DNA of 64,000 nucleotides from an uncultured Bacilli bacterium (GTDB lineage Bacteria; Bacillota_I; Bacilli_A; RF39; UBA660): NCBI GenBank assembly GCA_944351765.1, contig CALVPR010000001.1, positions 1,591 to 65,590 of the forward strand, read 5' to 3'. Shown piece by piece: positions 49,129 to 58,653 of this stretch (position 1 is its first letter; each line of letters starts with the position of its first letter). The notes under the pieces were generated by a model. It saw only the letters and a program-made list of their open reading frames with translations, ran no database searches and was not told where the DNA came from. The position numbers and the translations under genes were made by a program.

Positions 49129-49327
49129 ACCATCCCCCCATATTGGGGTATATTATAGCATAATATCTTTTTTTATACAATCATTTAAATACTAAAAATA
49201 AGTATTATATAAAATCATGATTTATTTTTTAGAAAGGAAACTACATTATGCAAAATAAAAATGTAGGGAAATTAATATTTACATTAAATTCCTACATTAT
49301 ATCTTTTACACAATATACATTTTAAAA

Positions 49328-50320
49328 TTACACACTTAATTGTTTTATTTTTAATTTGCCTTTTGTAATATTTCCATATTCATTTATTATTTTTTTTATT
49401 ACTTCATCATATGAAGTGTTATAAAATCTACCAGCACAGCGATTACTATGACCACCACCATTACAAGCTATAGCCAATTTTAAAATATCTATATCACAAT
49501 TATCAATTTTTTTAAATTTAATAAAATAATTATTTTCTATTTCAATAATGAATATTGATATTGGACAACTTTCTATTGGCGCTGTTAAACTATCAAACGA
49601 TGGATGTTTTAATAATTTAGTTATATCACCCATTTCTATTGGAACAGACAAGTTAAACATACGAATTCCATCTTTTTCAAATCGTTTGTTTTCCTTTATT
49701 AATTTATATAATTTTTCTTGTTCTAAGTTCATTTTTAACAATTTATCCTTTATATTATTTCTTTCTTGTTTATCACTAACAAGTATATTAGCAATTCTTA
49801 AAGAGTCTGATGTAACAGATCTTTGAAAGCAAAAAGTATCTGAAGCCATCCCTAAATATAAATTATACATTATATCATTGGAAATTTTATGTTTTTTATT
49901 TAACAAGAAACTTGCTATTATTTCACAAGTTGAACATGATTTAGGATTTATAAATTTGTTTTGAGATAACACTTCTAATTCTTGACGATTTCTATCGTGA
50001 TGATCAATTAAGAATCTCTTTTCTATAGGGACCTTATTAAAAATATCTATACCATATACCCTATCTTGTTCATTTACATCACAAACAATAATATAATCTA
50101 TTTGTTTATCATTTACTTCATCTAATGTATAATATTTTAATTTAGACTTATGTTCAAAAGGTAACTTATGTTTTTCTATTATAGGAATTACATTTATTTT
50201 TTTATCATTTAATATATTAGGTAGAGTTTCTGCTAATGATAACGTACTCATCACAGCATCGCCATCACAATTTTTGTGCGTAATTATAGCTATATTTATT
50301 TTATTATTCATCTTAATCAC
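49328..50320 (-). CDS. nrnA: DHH/DHHA1 family phosphoesterase (NrnA-like oligoribonuclease / pAp phosphatase)
   Basis: DHH motifs HKNCDGDAV and LIDHHD; DHHA1 GGGHSNRCAG. Confidence 0.75.
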   Translation of the reverse strand: MIKMNNKINIAIITHKNCDGDAVMSTLSLAETLPNILNDKKINVIPIIEKHKLPFEHKSKLKYYTLDEVNDKQIDYIIVCDVNEQDRVYGIDIFNKVPIEKRFLIDHHDRNRQELEVLSQNKFINPKSCSTCEIIASFLLNKKHKISNDIMYNLYLGMASDTFCFQRSVTSDSLRIANILVSDKQERNNIKDKLLKMNLEQEKLYKLIKENKRFEKDGIRMFNLSVPIEMGDITKLLKHPSFDSLTAPIESCPISIFIIEIENNYFIKFKKIDNCDIDILKLAIACNGGGHSNRCAGRFYNTSYDEVIKKIINEYGNITKGKLKIKQLSV

Positions 50321-50449
50321 TCCTTTAACTTTTTACTACTATTATTTAAATAATTTGCTTTTTTTTCGTTATTTTATAAACAAATTTCTATACATTTTTC
50401 ATTTTAAATATTTTAAAATACAATGGCTTAAACAAAACACTTATTTTAT

Positions 50450-51303
50450 TTACTTATATGTTTTTTTATTCAATACTTTTTTTAATATTACATTCTCTTC
50501 ATCATTTGTTATATTGTTATTAATTCCAGTTCCTAAATGAATTAAAGGTTTTACAATAGGGCCATGATAATCACTTCCTTTTGTTACTAATAATTTATAT
50601 TTGTCGGCAATAATTCTTAACTTTTTCATTTCTTCTAAAGTTTGATCAGAATGATAACATTCAAGTCCCTCTAACCCATAACTTAGTAGTTCTATTATCT
50701 TATTTTCTAAATCAGTATCATTTAATTTTAATTTTTGTGGATGAGCTAAAACAGCAATCCCATTAGCTTCTTTTATCATTTTAATAATTTCTTCAGGTTC
50801 ATATATAAATTCTTCTACTTCGCATAACGGTTTACAATTAAAATAATCTGAAAATATAGTTTTTTTATCTGAAATATATCCTTTTTGTAAAAATAGTTTT
50901 GCAAAATGTGGCTTACTAATTACTGATCCACCACTTATTTTTTGTAATTCTTCTAACGAAACATTAAATCCTATACTTTTAAAATATTCTATAAATTCTT
51001 TATTTCTAATATTTCGTTTATTAATTAAATATTTTAAATTTTGTTGTAAATTAATATTATTATAATCTATATTGAATCCTAATATATGCATTTGTCCCGT
51101 TTTACTTTTTGCTTTTAATTCAATACCTGGAATAAATATAATGTTTTTGTCTTTTGCGTAATTATCCGCTTCTTTTAATCCATCTACTGTATCATGATCA
51201 GTAATTGATAATGCACTAATATTTTTTTTATTGCTAAGTCAATCAACTCTTTTGGAGTCAATTCTCCATCTGATGCTGTTGTATGCGTATGTAAATCAAT
51301 CAT
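50450..51303 (-). pseudogene. PHP-domain phosphoesterase (TrpH/YciV-like) interrupted by a 1-nt frameshift in a T8/A8 homopolymer (51212-51219)
   Basis: N-terminal MIDLHTHTTASDGELTPKELIDLAIKK (PHP HxH motif) reads in one frame from 51303; continuation SALSITDHDTVDG...MHILGF and the 213-aa track ORF are in another frame; one extra A restores a ~284-aa ORF. Confidence 0.55.
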
Positions 51304-51324
51304 TATTTTATCATCCTAAACTTT

Positions 51325-52188
51325 CTATAATTTCGTTAAATTTCTTTTTTTGATATCTTTTCTATTAGTAATAATTTCATTAATTATAAATTTATAATCA
51401 TTAAAAAAATTATTAACTACTCTTGGAACAAATAATTTTACTTTTTCTATGTCAAAAACATTTAAATTACTTCCCTTAATATCATTTGATTGTTCAATAT
51501 AATTACGTGTATTTTTTAATACATCGGTAATATTATTATAGTCTACTTCATTAATACCTGGATTAATAAAATTTTTACTTGCATAATTACAAAAATATTC
51601 AAAATCAAAAGAAACATTATAATAATTAAGTATAATTTTATTCATAACAGTATAATCATTATATATACTAATATTACTATCCTTACTAAAAACATCAGTA
51701 AATAAATAAATAATACCATTTTTTAGAATTTTTATAAACTTTAAATTTTTAGAATATATTGTTGGTAATTCGTTTTTATCCAAGCATTCAAAACTTTCTT
51801 TAAACAAATTATTGAAAAATATTTTATCTGTATATAAATGATACAAATATCCTAATGCACTAAAGTCTACTTTAATTATATTTTCATATTTATTTACAAA
51901 ATTTTCTACTATTGGGGCTTGAACACACAAATCTTTATCTTTAGGATTTCTAAAATGCGTACTCATTTTCTCTTCTTGTGTTTTCATCATATAATCTCTT
52001 TTTAAAAGCGTTACTTCATCAGAACACAATCCTTTTGGGACTTTAAACTTTATTTTTGTAGAGTCTACTATTAAATTTCCTAATAAAAATTGATTCTTTT
52101 GTTCCTCAGTCAAACTAATTTCATAAAATCTTTCTATTTGCTTTAAAAATTCTATACCTGCAACATGATGTATTACAAATGATGCCAT
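51325..52188 (-). CDS. Hypothetical protein, possibly zinc-dependent phospholipase C-fold (PF00882-like)
   Basis: Spacing of candidate metal ligands IHHVAG, LIVDS, STHF, YHLYTD resembles the Zn-PLC pattern; low certainty. Confidence 0.3.
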   Translation of the reverse strand: MASFVIHHVAGIEFLKQIERFYEISLTEEQKNQFLLGNLIVDSTKIKFKVPKGLCSDEVTLLKRDYMMKTQEEKMSTHFRNPKDKDLCVQAPIVENFVNKYENIIKVDFSALGYLYHLYTDKIFFNNLFKESFECLDKNELPTIYSKNLKFIKILKNGIIYLFTDVFSKDSNISIYNDYTVMNKIILNYYNVSFDFEYFCNYASKNFINPGINEVDYNNITDVLKNTRNYIEQSNDIKGSNLNVFDIEKVKLFVPRVVNNFFNDYKFIINEIITNRKDIKKRNLTKL

Positions 52189-52256
52189 AACTATCTCCTT
52201 CTTTCCATTATTTTTTAATTCTGTTTAATTTAAAATTCAATTCCTTATATATTTTT

Positions 52257-53099
52257 TTATTTACTTAACTCTTTAATCCGTTTTTTTATGTTATTATATA
52301 CTCTTTCATTTTTCTCTCTATCATCTTCATAATATACTTCTTCCTCATAAGAAAATGGATAATAATTGTAGTAATTCCAATTTGGTAAATATTCTACTTG
52401 ATTTTTTCTCATTGAATTATACCTTGAACTAATTATGTTATTAAATATTGTATTTTTAATATATGTTCCTATATCTGTTCCTATATCTTTATATTCCGTT
52501 CTTATTTCTAAAATTTCTAAATTTTTCTCCCATTCACTTACGTTCCCTGATATCAATAAAATTTCATATAATTCCTCTATTATTTTAAAAGGAGAAATAC
52601 TTAACAAATAAGCAACAAATGAATTATTAAAACTATCAACATAATTTATATCTAAACCATATTTTATACCTATTTCATACATTTTTCTTAAATCATTAGA
52701 ACTATATAATAGATATGGCCTTCGTGAATACAAAAGAGAACTTTGAAAATAATTATAATTTTCTTTGTTATACGCACCTAAATTAGGTCCAAAAATTTGA
52801 AACGATATCTCTAAAGCCTTACATCTCTTTTCAATTGGAATATACTTTAAAAAACTTAATAAATGGATAATAAAATTTCCATCATTGTCAGACTGATATA
52901 AATTATTTCCAAACCAACTTTCTAAAGTAGAAATATTAATTTCATCTACTGAATACCTATTAATATAATTTCGAAGATTTAACCAATTCATAGAAAAATT
53001 ATATTTCCTTAACCTATTAAAATTACTTGCTAAATTATCTTTGCTATTTTTTTCATCTATTTTTATGTTTTTCCATATATCTTTTTCCATATTTATCAT
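52257..53099 (-). CDS. Hypothetical protein (predicted helical, no family recognised)
   Basis: ORF overlapping upstream and downstream cluster genes; Tyr/Asn-rich. Confidence 0.3.
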   Translation of the reverse strand: MINMEKDIWKNIKIDEKNSKDNLASNFNRLRKYNFSMNWLNLRNYINRYSVDEINISTLESWFGNNLYQSDNDGNFIIHLLSFLKYIPIEKRCKALEISFQIFGPNLGAYNKENYNYFQSSLLYSRRPYLLYSSNDLRKMYEIGIKYGLDINYVDSFNNSFVAYLLSISPFKIIEELYEILLISGNVSEWEKNLEILEIRTEYKDIGTDIGTYIKNTIFNNIISSRYNSMRKNQVEYLPNWNYYNYYPFSYEEEVYYEDDREKNERVYNNIKKRIKELSK

Positions 53100-54063
53100 T
53101 TCCTTCTATATAATTAATAAGATTATATTTAACATCTATGTATTTTATAAAATTATCAAAATCTTTATCCAAATCATTACCATATATCCCCATTTCCATT
53201 GGAGTAGAAATATAAATAGTGTCTTTCATATCTAATATTTCTTCATCATTTTTTTTATATGGATAACCATAAAAAGCATTCCAATCTTTTGTACAATTTG
53301 GTACTATTTCAATTGCTCTGAATATAAGCCTTCTAAGAAAAGATGGATGAACTAATGGAAAATAACTTAGTTTAATATTTAGTTTTTCATCATCCCTTTT
53401 TAAAGGAATAATAATTTGTATCATTTCATCTTCTAATACTGTGATAGATTCAAATTGAAAAATGCAATTAAATCCAATATTTTCTAAATAATTAATTAAC
53501 CATAAAACACATATACCTCTATTAATTACTTGTTTATAATTTGTGAATGCAGAATATGATATTCCCATATTAATTTTAATGGCTTTTTTTGTTAATTTTT
53601 TTTTATCAATTTTCATATTATTAGGATTACCAGATAAAAATTTAGAAACATTGGGAATATATCCAACACAACTATATTCTCTTTTTAATTTTTCTATTTG
53701 TGAAAACCTTAAGTTTATATGAGTTAATTTATTAACAAAATTTTGATAATTTTGATCCCAACCAAATTTACATAAATTCCATGCTTCTTCAAAAGAATGT
53801 GTCATACTAAATGAATAAGCATTAAGAATACTTGATGGATTAGGAAATATTCTTTTATTAATTGGGAAAGTACTTATTGTTTTTAAAAAAGCATCTAAAT
53901 TCCAATATTCAAATTTATATATTTTGTATATACTTAAGTCATGTGAATATCCTAAATTATATTTTATACCTTCTGAATAATTTAATAAAGGTAATTTATT
54001 ATCTGAATCTTGCATAAAATTTGCCTTCACCATGACTTTCTTCATCATAAAAATTTTCTTCAA
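53053..54063 (-). CDS. Hypothetical protein, partner of AAA_5 ATPase (vWA-like or McrC-like role unproven)
   Basis: Start overlaps end of the ATPase gene (translational coupling); no MIDAS or nuclease motif identified. Confidence 0.3.
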   Translation of the reverse strand: MKKIFMMKKVMVKANFMQDSDNKLPLLNYSEGIKYNLGYSHDLSIYKIYKFEYWNLDAFLKTISTFPINKRIFPNPSSILNAYSFSMTHSFEEAWNLCKFGWDQNYQNFVNKLTHINLRFSQIEKLKREYSCVGYIPNVSKFLSGNPNNMKIDKKKLTKKAIKINMGISYSAFTNYKQVINRGICVLWLINYLENIGFNCIFQFESITVLEDEMIQIIIPLKRDDEKLNIKLSYFPLVHPSFLRRLIFRAIEIVPNCTKDWNAFYGYPYKKNDEEILDMKDTIYISTPMEMGIYGNDLDKDFDNFIKYIDVKYNLINYIEGNDKYGKRYMEKHKNR

Positions 54064-55762
54064 AATATTGATTATCTTGATATTGACTACCTTGATATGG
54101 ATTTTCTACTTTTTTACTTTGTAATTGATATTTATTTTTTATATATTCTAAGAATTTACTTGAATATAAATCTTTTGCAATAATTCTAGCACTAATAATA
54201 CTTAAATCATTTTGATCTAAACCTTGTATAATTGTCCATTCAAAAATATCATTTAAATCAAAACAATTCATATCCAATAGATCACTTGCATTTTTAATAT
54301 TTCTAGTAGATATAACATGACGAATGGTATTAGATTGGATAATATTACGGATTTGCCAATATAATTCTAATATTTCTTTATGTCCTATAAGGTTTCTTTC
54401 TAATTCTTTATCATAATCAACAACCACTGGAATAAACCTATTTAAAGATGCACCATCTAACGCTTGTCTACCACTATATATCATATCTGCTCCTGTTCCA
54501 AAAGTATTAGCAGCAGCCACTAAATGAAAGTCTTTGTGTGCTTGATAAAAATTACCATCAGGAAAAGCCATATAATGATTATATCCTGTTCCAATTGCTG
54601 CATTTATTGCAAGTAAAGCAGACGGATTTGAATTATCAATTTCGTCAATAAACATAATTCCGCCATTAGTAAATGCCTTAAAAAATTGTGTTTCTATATA
54701 TCTACCATTTGCATCTACAAATCCCATTATTTTATATTCATCAGTTACATCATTACAGTAATAAAATTGTAATTTTAATGCCTTAGCAATTTGTTCAATA
54801 ATAACATTCTTACCACTACCTGCTGGGCCTTTTAATAATATTGGTTTTTTAGAATAAACTAATTGTAAAATTTTTTGAAAATCTTTATGAAATAATTCCT
54901 TCGGCAAAAAATTTTTTTTAACATCATTAATATTTATTGTTAAATTTTTATATGGATTTTTTTGTATTATTTTTTCAGTTGCATCTGCTACTATTTTGTC
55001 TACCATAGTAGCTTTTCTTTGATCATATTCTAAATTTAATTTATTAATAACTTCAGTTTTATATTTTTCAATTGCTACTGTTAAATCTTTTTTTATATTT
55101 TCTAGCAGTTGCTTAGTATCATTACATCTTCCTAAAATAGATTTTAATTCTTCTAATTGATTCTTAATATTTAAATATACATCTTTAACTTCTTCTATTT
55201 TTTTATTAGACATTGCATCTACGGATTCCTGAATTTTATTTAATATTTCCTCTATAATATCACTTGTCTGTTGTTTATAATTTTCTAATATTTTAATTTT
55301 TTCTTGTAACTTTTCTTGTTCTTTATTTATTTTTTCTTCTCTTAAATTAGAACTATCTAAATATTTTTTCAACATATCATTTAATTTATTATCTTTTTCC
55401 ACTATTATGTCCGGATCAAAGTTTAATTGTTTTTTTATTTCCAATACCTCTTTTAACATAATGAATAAGGAATATTCATTTCCACAAATTGGTAATATGC
55501 TCACATTGTCTAATACATCTTCAAATGTTGTTATTTTAACATCAACAAAAATTACCTTGACCTTATCCCAATTAAAAGCATCTTTTTTTACTAAAAGAAT
55601 ATTATTAGGAATATATACATATTGCAAATTTTCCCAATCATAAAATGTATAACTATCTATTTCAGTAATATTATAATCGTTTGGTATAGAACAACAAATT
55701 TCATTTTTTATGTCATCTTTTAATGACAAAAACATTTCTCTTTTTAAAATCAACGCAATCAC
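53999..55762 (-). CDS. Multidomain AAA_5 (MoxR/CbbQ/midasin-like) ATPase with N-terminal LRR_5-like repeats and ~250-aa coiled coil
   Basis: Walker A LLKGPAGSGKNV, Walker B IMFIDEID, sensor-1 VAAANT, R-finger region LDGASLNRF (ALLDRF-like); N-term IPNDYNITEIDSYTFYDWENLQYVYIPNNILLVKKDAFNW resembles BspA-type LRR. Confidence 0.6.
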   Translation of the reverse strand: MIALILKREMFLSLKDDIKNEICCSIPNDYNITEIDSYTFYDWENLQYVYIPNNILLVKKDAFNWDKVKVIFVDVKITTFEDVLDNVSILPICGNEYSLFIMLKEVLEIKKQLNFDPDIIVEKDNKLNDMLKKYLDSSNLREEKINKEQEKLQEKIKILENYKQQTSDIIEEILNKIQESVDAMSNKKIEEVKDVYLNIKNQLEELKSILGRCNDTKQLLENIKKDLTVAIEKYKTEVINKLNLEYDQRKATMVDKIVADATEKIIQKNPYKNLTININDVKKNFLPKELFHKDFQKILQLVYSKKPILLKGPAGSGKNVIIEQIAKALKLQFYYCNDVTDEYKIMGFVDANGRYIETQFFKAFTNGGIMFIDEIDNSNPSALLAINAAIGTGYNHYMAFPDGNFYQAHKDFHLVAAANTFGTGADMIYSGRQALDGASLNRFIPVVVDYDKELERNLIGHKEILELYWQIRNIIQSNTIRHVISTRNIKNASDLLDMNCFDLNDIFEWTIIQGLDQNDLSIISARIIAKDLYSSKFLEYIKNKYQLQSKKVENPYQGSQYQDNQYFEENFYDEESHGEGKFYARFR

Positions 55763-55880
55763 CTCCTGCTTATTTCTTCAGTAATTTAATAATAAATAAG
55801 TATTATATATAAATACTATAAAAACAATTATATAATATTAATACATTAGATAAATTAGTAACCAAAATTATTTTATAAAA

Positions 55881-56447
55881 TTAAATAATTCTATTTAATT
55901 TAAGTTTTAATTTCTTTGCAGCAAAATATCTTGAACTACATAAATTTTTTTCTTGACTGTCTAGTTCTGCTAAAGTTTTTCCACTGTTTAATTCGAAAAC
56001 AGGATCAAAACCAAATCCATTTTTTCCACGAGATTCTAATATAATATTTCCACATATTTCACTTTCTGCTACTATTTCTTTTTCTCCATCATAATAAACT
56101 AAACAACATACTACTTTTGCACTCTTATCTTTTAAATTTTTGCATCTATTAATAATTGCCTCATTAATTTGCTCATCTGTTTTTCCATCTCTCAAAAAAC
56201 GATGAGTATATACTCCTGGAAAACCATTTAAAGCATTAATACATAGTCCTGAATCATCTGCTATTACTGGCAATCCAACTACCTTAAAAAGTTCTTTTGC
56301 TTTTTTTGAAGCATTTCCGTAAAAGCTATCTTGATCTTCTTCAACTTCTATTCTAATTCCTTTTTCATTTAACGAAACAATATTTTTATTACCAAAAATA
56401 CTTTTTAATTCTCTTAATTTTCCTTCATTATTTGTAGCAAAAATCAT
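55881..56447 (-). CDS. rdgB: Non-canonical purine NTP pyrophosphatase (RdgB/HAM1 family)
   Basis: MIFATNNEGKLRELKSIFG N-terminus and FGFDPVF motif. Confidence 0.85.
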   Translation of the reverse strand: MIFATNNEGKLRELKSIFGNKNIVSLNEKGIRIEVEEDQDSFYGNASKKAKELFKVVGLPVIADDSGLCINALNGFPGVYTHRFLRDGKTDEQINEAIINRCKNLKDKSAKVVCCLVYYDGEKEIVAESEICGNIILESRGKNGFGFDPVFELNSGKTLAELDSQEKNLCSSRYFAAKKLKLKLNRII

Positions 56448-56465
56448 ACAATCCTCCCTTCGTGT

Positions 56466-56494
56466 TTGTATTATAGTTTAAAATATGTTATAAT
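56466..56494 (+). promoter_or_regulatory. lysR promoter TTGTAT-17-TGtTATAAT
   Basis: Extended -10 with TG; appropriately placed ~65 nt upstream of lysR ATG. Confidence 0.45.
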
Positions 56495-56520
56495 ACAAAT
56501 ACTTATTTGTTATTGCTATT

Positions 56521-56535
56521 ATAACTATTAGTTAT
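56521..56535. promoter_or_regulatory. Perfect 15-bp palindrome ATAACTATTAGTTAT (T-N11-A LysR-type box)
   Basis: Revcomp-identical; in rdgB-lysR divergent intergenic, 24 nt upstream of lysR start. Confidence 0.45.
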
Positions 56536-56558
56536 GACATGTATAAGGGGGAATAAAT

Positions 56559-57461
56559 ATGAATATTAATTTGGAATTATATAAAGTATTTTTAAGTGTA
56601 GCAAAGAATGGCAATATAACTAAAGCAGCTAACGAACTTATGATTAGCCAACCAGGTGTTAGTAAATCAATTAAAAATTTAGAAGAACAATTAAATTGTT
56701 CATTATTCGTTAGAACAAAATCAGGAGTATATTTAACAGAAGAAGGAAAACTATTTTATTCAAAACTAAGTGATGCGATGGAATTAATTGATAATGCCGA
56801 AAAATCACTTATGGAAATGATAAATATGGAATGTGGATATATAAATATAGGAATAAGTAATACTTTAACAAGAAACTTTTTATTAGAATATCTTGAAGGA
56901 TTTCATAAATTATACCCTAAAATAAAAATTAAAATATATACTAATCCTACTTCTGAATTATTAATTAAAGCAAGAAATGGAGTAATAGATTTTATAATAT
57001 TAAATTTACCTTATGATATTCCAAACGATTTTAATACAAAAAAATTAAAAACTATTCAAGATTGCTTTGTTGCTAATTCTAATTATTCTTATTTAAAAGA
57101 CAAAGTTATTTCCTTAAATGAACTTAATAATTATCCTTTAATTTTAATGTCTAAGGGTTCTAATACTAGATATTTTTTAGATGAATTTTGTTTATCTAAT
57201 AATATAAAATTAGTTCCCGAAATGGAACTTGCCAGTTATTCATTAGTTACACATTTTACTAAAATTGGTTTAGGAATTGGATTAGTCACTAAAGATTTTA
57301 TTAAAGAAGAATTAAAAAAAGGAGAACTTTTTGAATTAAATACAGTTCCCAAATTAAATAAAAGATATATAGGAATAACTTATCCAAAAAATAAAGCTTT
57401 AAGTTGTAGCACTAAGATATTTATGCAACTTTTAGATAACAAAAAAGAATTATTAAAGTAA
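56559..57461 (+). CDS. LysR family transcriptional regulator
   Basis: N-terminal HTH (ITKAANELMISQPGVSKSIKNLEEQL) + LysR substrate-binding domain; 300 aa. Confidence 0.85.
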   Translation: MNINLELYKVFLSVAKNGNITKAANELMISQPGVSKSIKNLEEQLNCSLFVRTKSGVYLTEEGKLFYSKLSDAMELIDNAEKSLMEMINMECGYINIGISNTLTRNFLLEYLEGFHKLYPKIKIKIYTNPTSELLIKARNGVIDFIILNLPYDIPNDFNTKKLKTIQDCFVANSNYSYLKDKVISLNELNNYPLILMSKGSNTRYFLDEFCLSNNIKLVPEMELASYSLVTHFTKIGLGIGLVTKDFIKEELKKGELFELNTVPKLNKRYIGITYPKNKALSCSTKIFMQLLDNKKELLK

Positions 57462-58652
57462 TCACTTTGATAATTCTAATTTTTTTATATCTTTATTTAC
57501 AAATTCTATATCACTGATAATATCAATAATATCTTCTATTTTTACGTCTTCACTACTAATTAATAGTTTATACTTATTAGTAACAATAATACCATTTTCT
57601 AATAATTCTCTAATTAATAAATATAAATAATTCTTATAATTTAATATATATGTAGTATTTTCTATTTTACTAGATAAACTACTATCAATATTATATTTTT
57701 TTATAGCAAGTAAATATAATAAACTTATTTGCTTAGCTATATTTATTTGATTAACAAAAGATATATTATTGATACTACTACTATATAACTCACTTACTTT
57801 ATTTATATTTACAAGTATATTATTATCTTCTTTGACTAAAGAATCTTTTATATCACTAATCATTTCATATATTAAATTAACATTACCATCTATAGTAAAC
57901 TTTCTAGTTTTTAGAATCAATTCTATTTCGACTTCTAATCTAATCAAATTATTTAATATAATCTTATCTAACATCTCTTTATCATATAAAATAAGACCCT
58001 TACTATTTTTTATATTAGTGGCTTCTATAGTACTATATTCTATTATATTATCAAGTTTATTTTTAATTATTAAGTATTTATCATAATCATTATCTTTTAA
58101 AATATTTAATAACATTTCTACTGTTTGATAATGTTCACTAATTAAACTATTTTCAAATTCTTTCTTTTCTTCTTTAGGGAATATATCTAAATTAGATTCT
58201 TTTTCATTATGTATTTCCCAGTAAGACTTAAAATCTGGCCTTTCAGGTATTTTCGAATATTTATTAGCAACTGATAAAGTTTTCATAAAGTTTACAAATA
58301 CTTGATTAGCATTTTCCTCTATATACTCTTCTACTTCTATTAATTGAGCTTCATATAAATTATCAATAACAGCGTATTTAGGGACATCAATACAGTCACT
58401 TTTAATTCCATAAGTACTATCATTATATAGTGTTTCAAAAAAAGGGAAAACATAACCAGATATTATTTCATACAAATAACGTCCATCTTTTATAAACATA
58501 TATTCTTTATTTGAACCTATAACTATAGTTTTATCAAATGTAAATCGATAATCACCAAATCTATCGGATCCTATAAAGTTAGGAGTCCTTATTTCACATA
58601 TATTTCCTTTATATATTTCACGCATATTTTTATATTCCATCAAAATTCCCAC
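57462..58652 (-). CDS. Hypothetical protein
   Basis: 396 aa, 2-nt gap downstream of mtaB; no family recognised. Confidence 0.3.
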   Translation of the reverse strand: MGILMEYKNMREIYKGNICEIRTPNFIGSDRFGDYRFTFDKTIVIGSNKEYMFIKDGRYLYEIISGYVFPFFETLYNDSTYGIKSDCIDVPKYAVIDNLYEAQLIEVEEYIEENANQVFVNFMKTLSVANKYSKIPERPDFKSYWEIHNEKESNLDIFPKEEKKEFENSLISEHYQTVEMLLNILKDNDYDKYLIIKNKLDNIIEYSTIEATNIKNSKGLILYDKEMLDKIILNNLIRLEVEIELILKTRKFTIDGNVNLIYEMISDIKDSLVKEDNNILVNINKVSELYSSSINNISFVNQINIAKQISLLYLLAIKKYNIDSSLSSKIENTTYILNYKNYLYLLIRELLENGIIVTNKYKLLISSEDVKIEDIIDIISDIEFVNKDIKKLELSK

Positions 58653-58653
58653 C

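Noticed and set aside
53041-53235. 64-aa plus-strand ORF in the AAA_5 cluster
   Set aside because: It is antisense to two overlapping minus-strand genes and Ile/Phe-rich, which is an AT-composition artefact.
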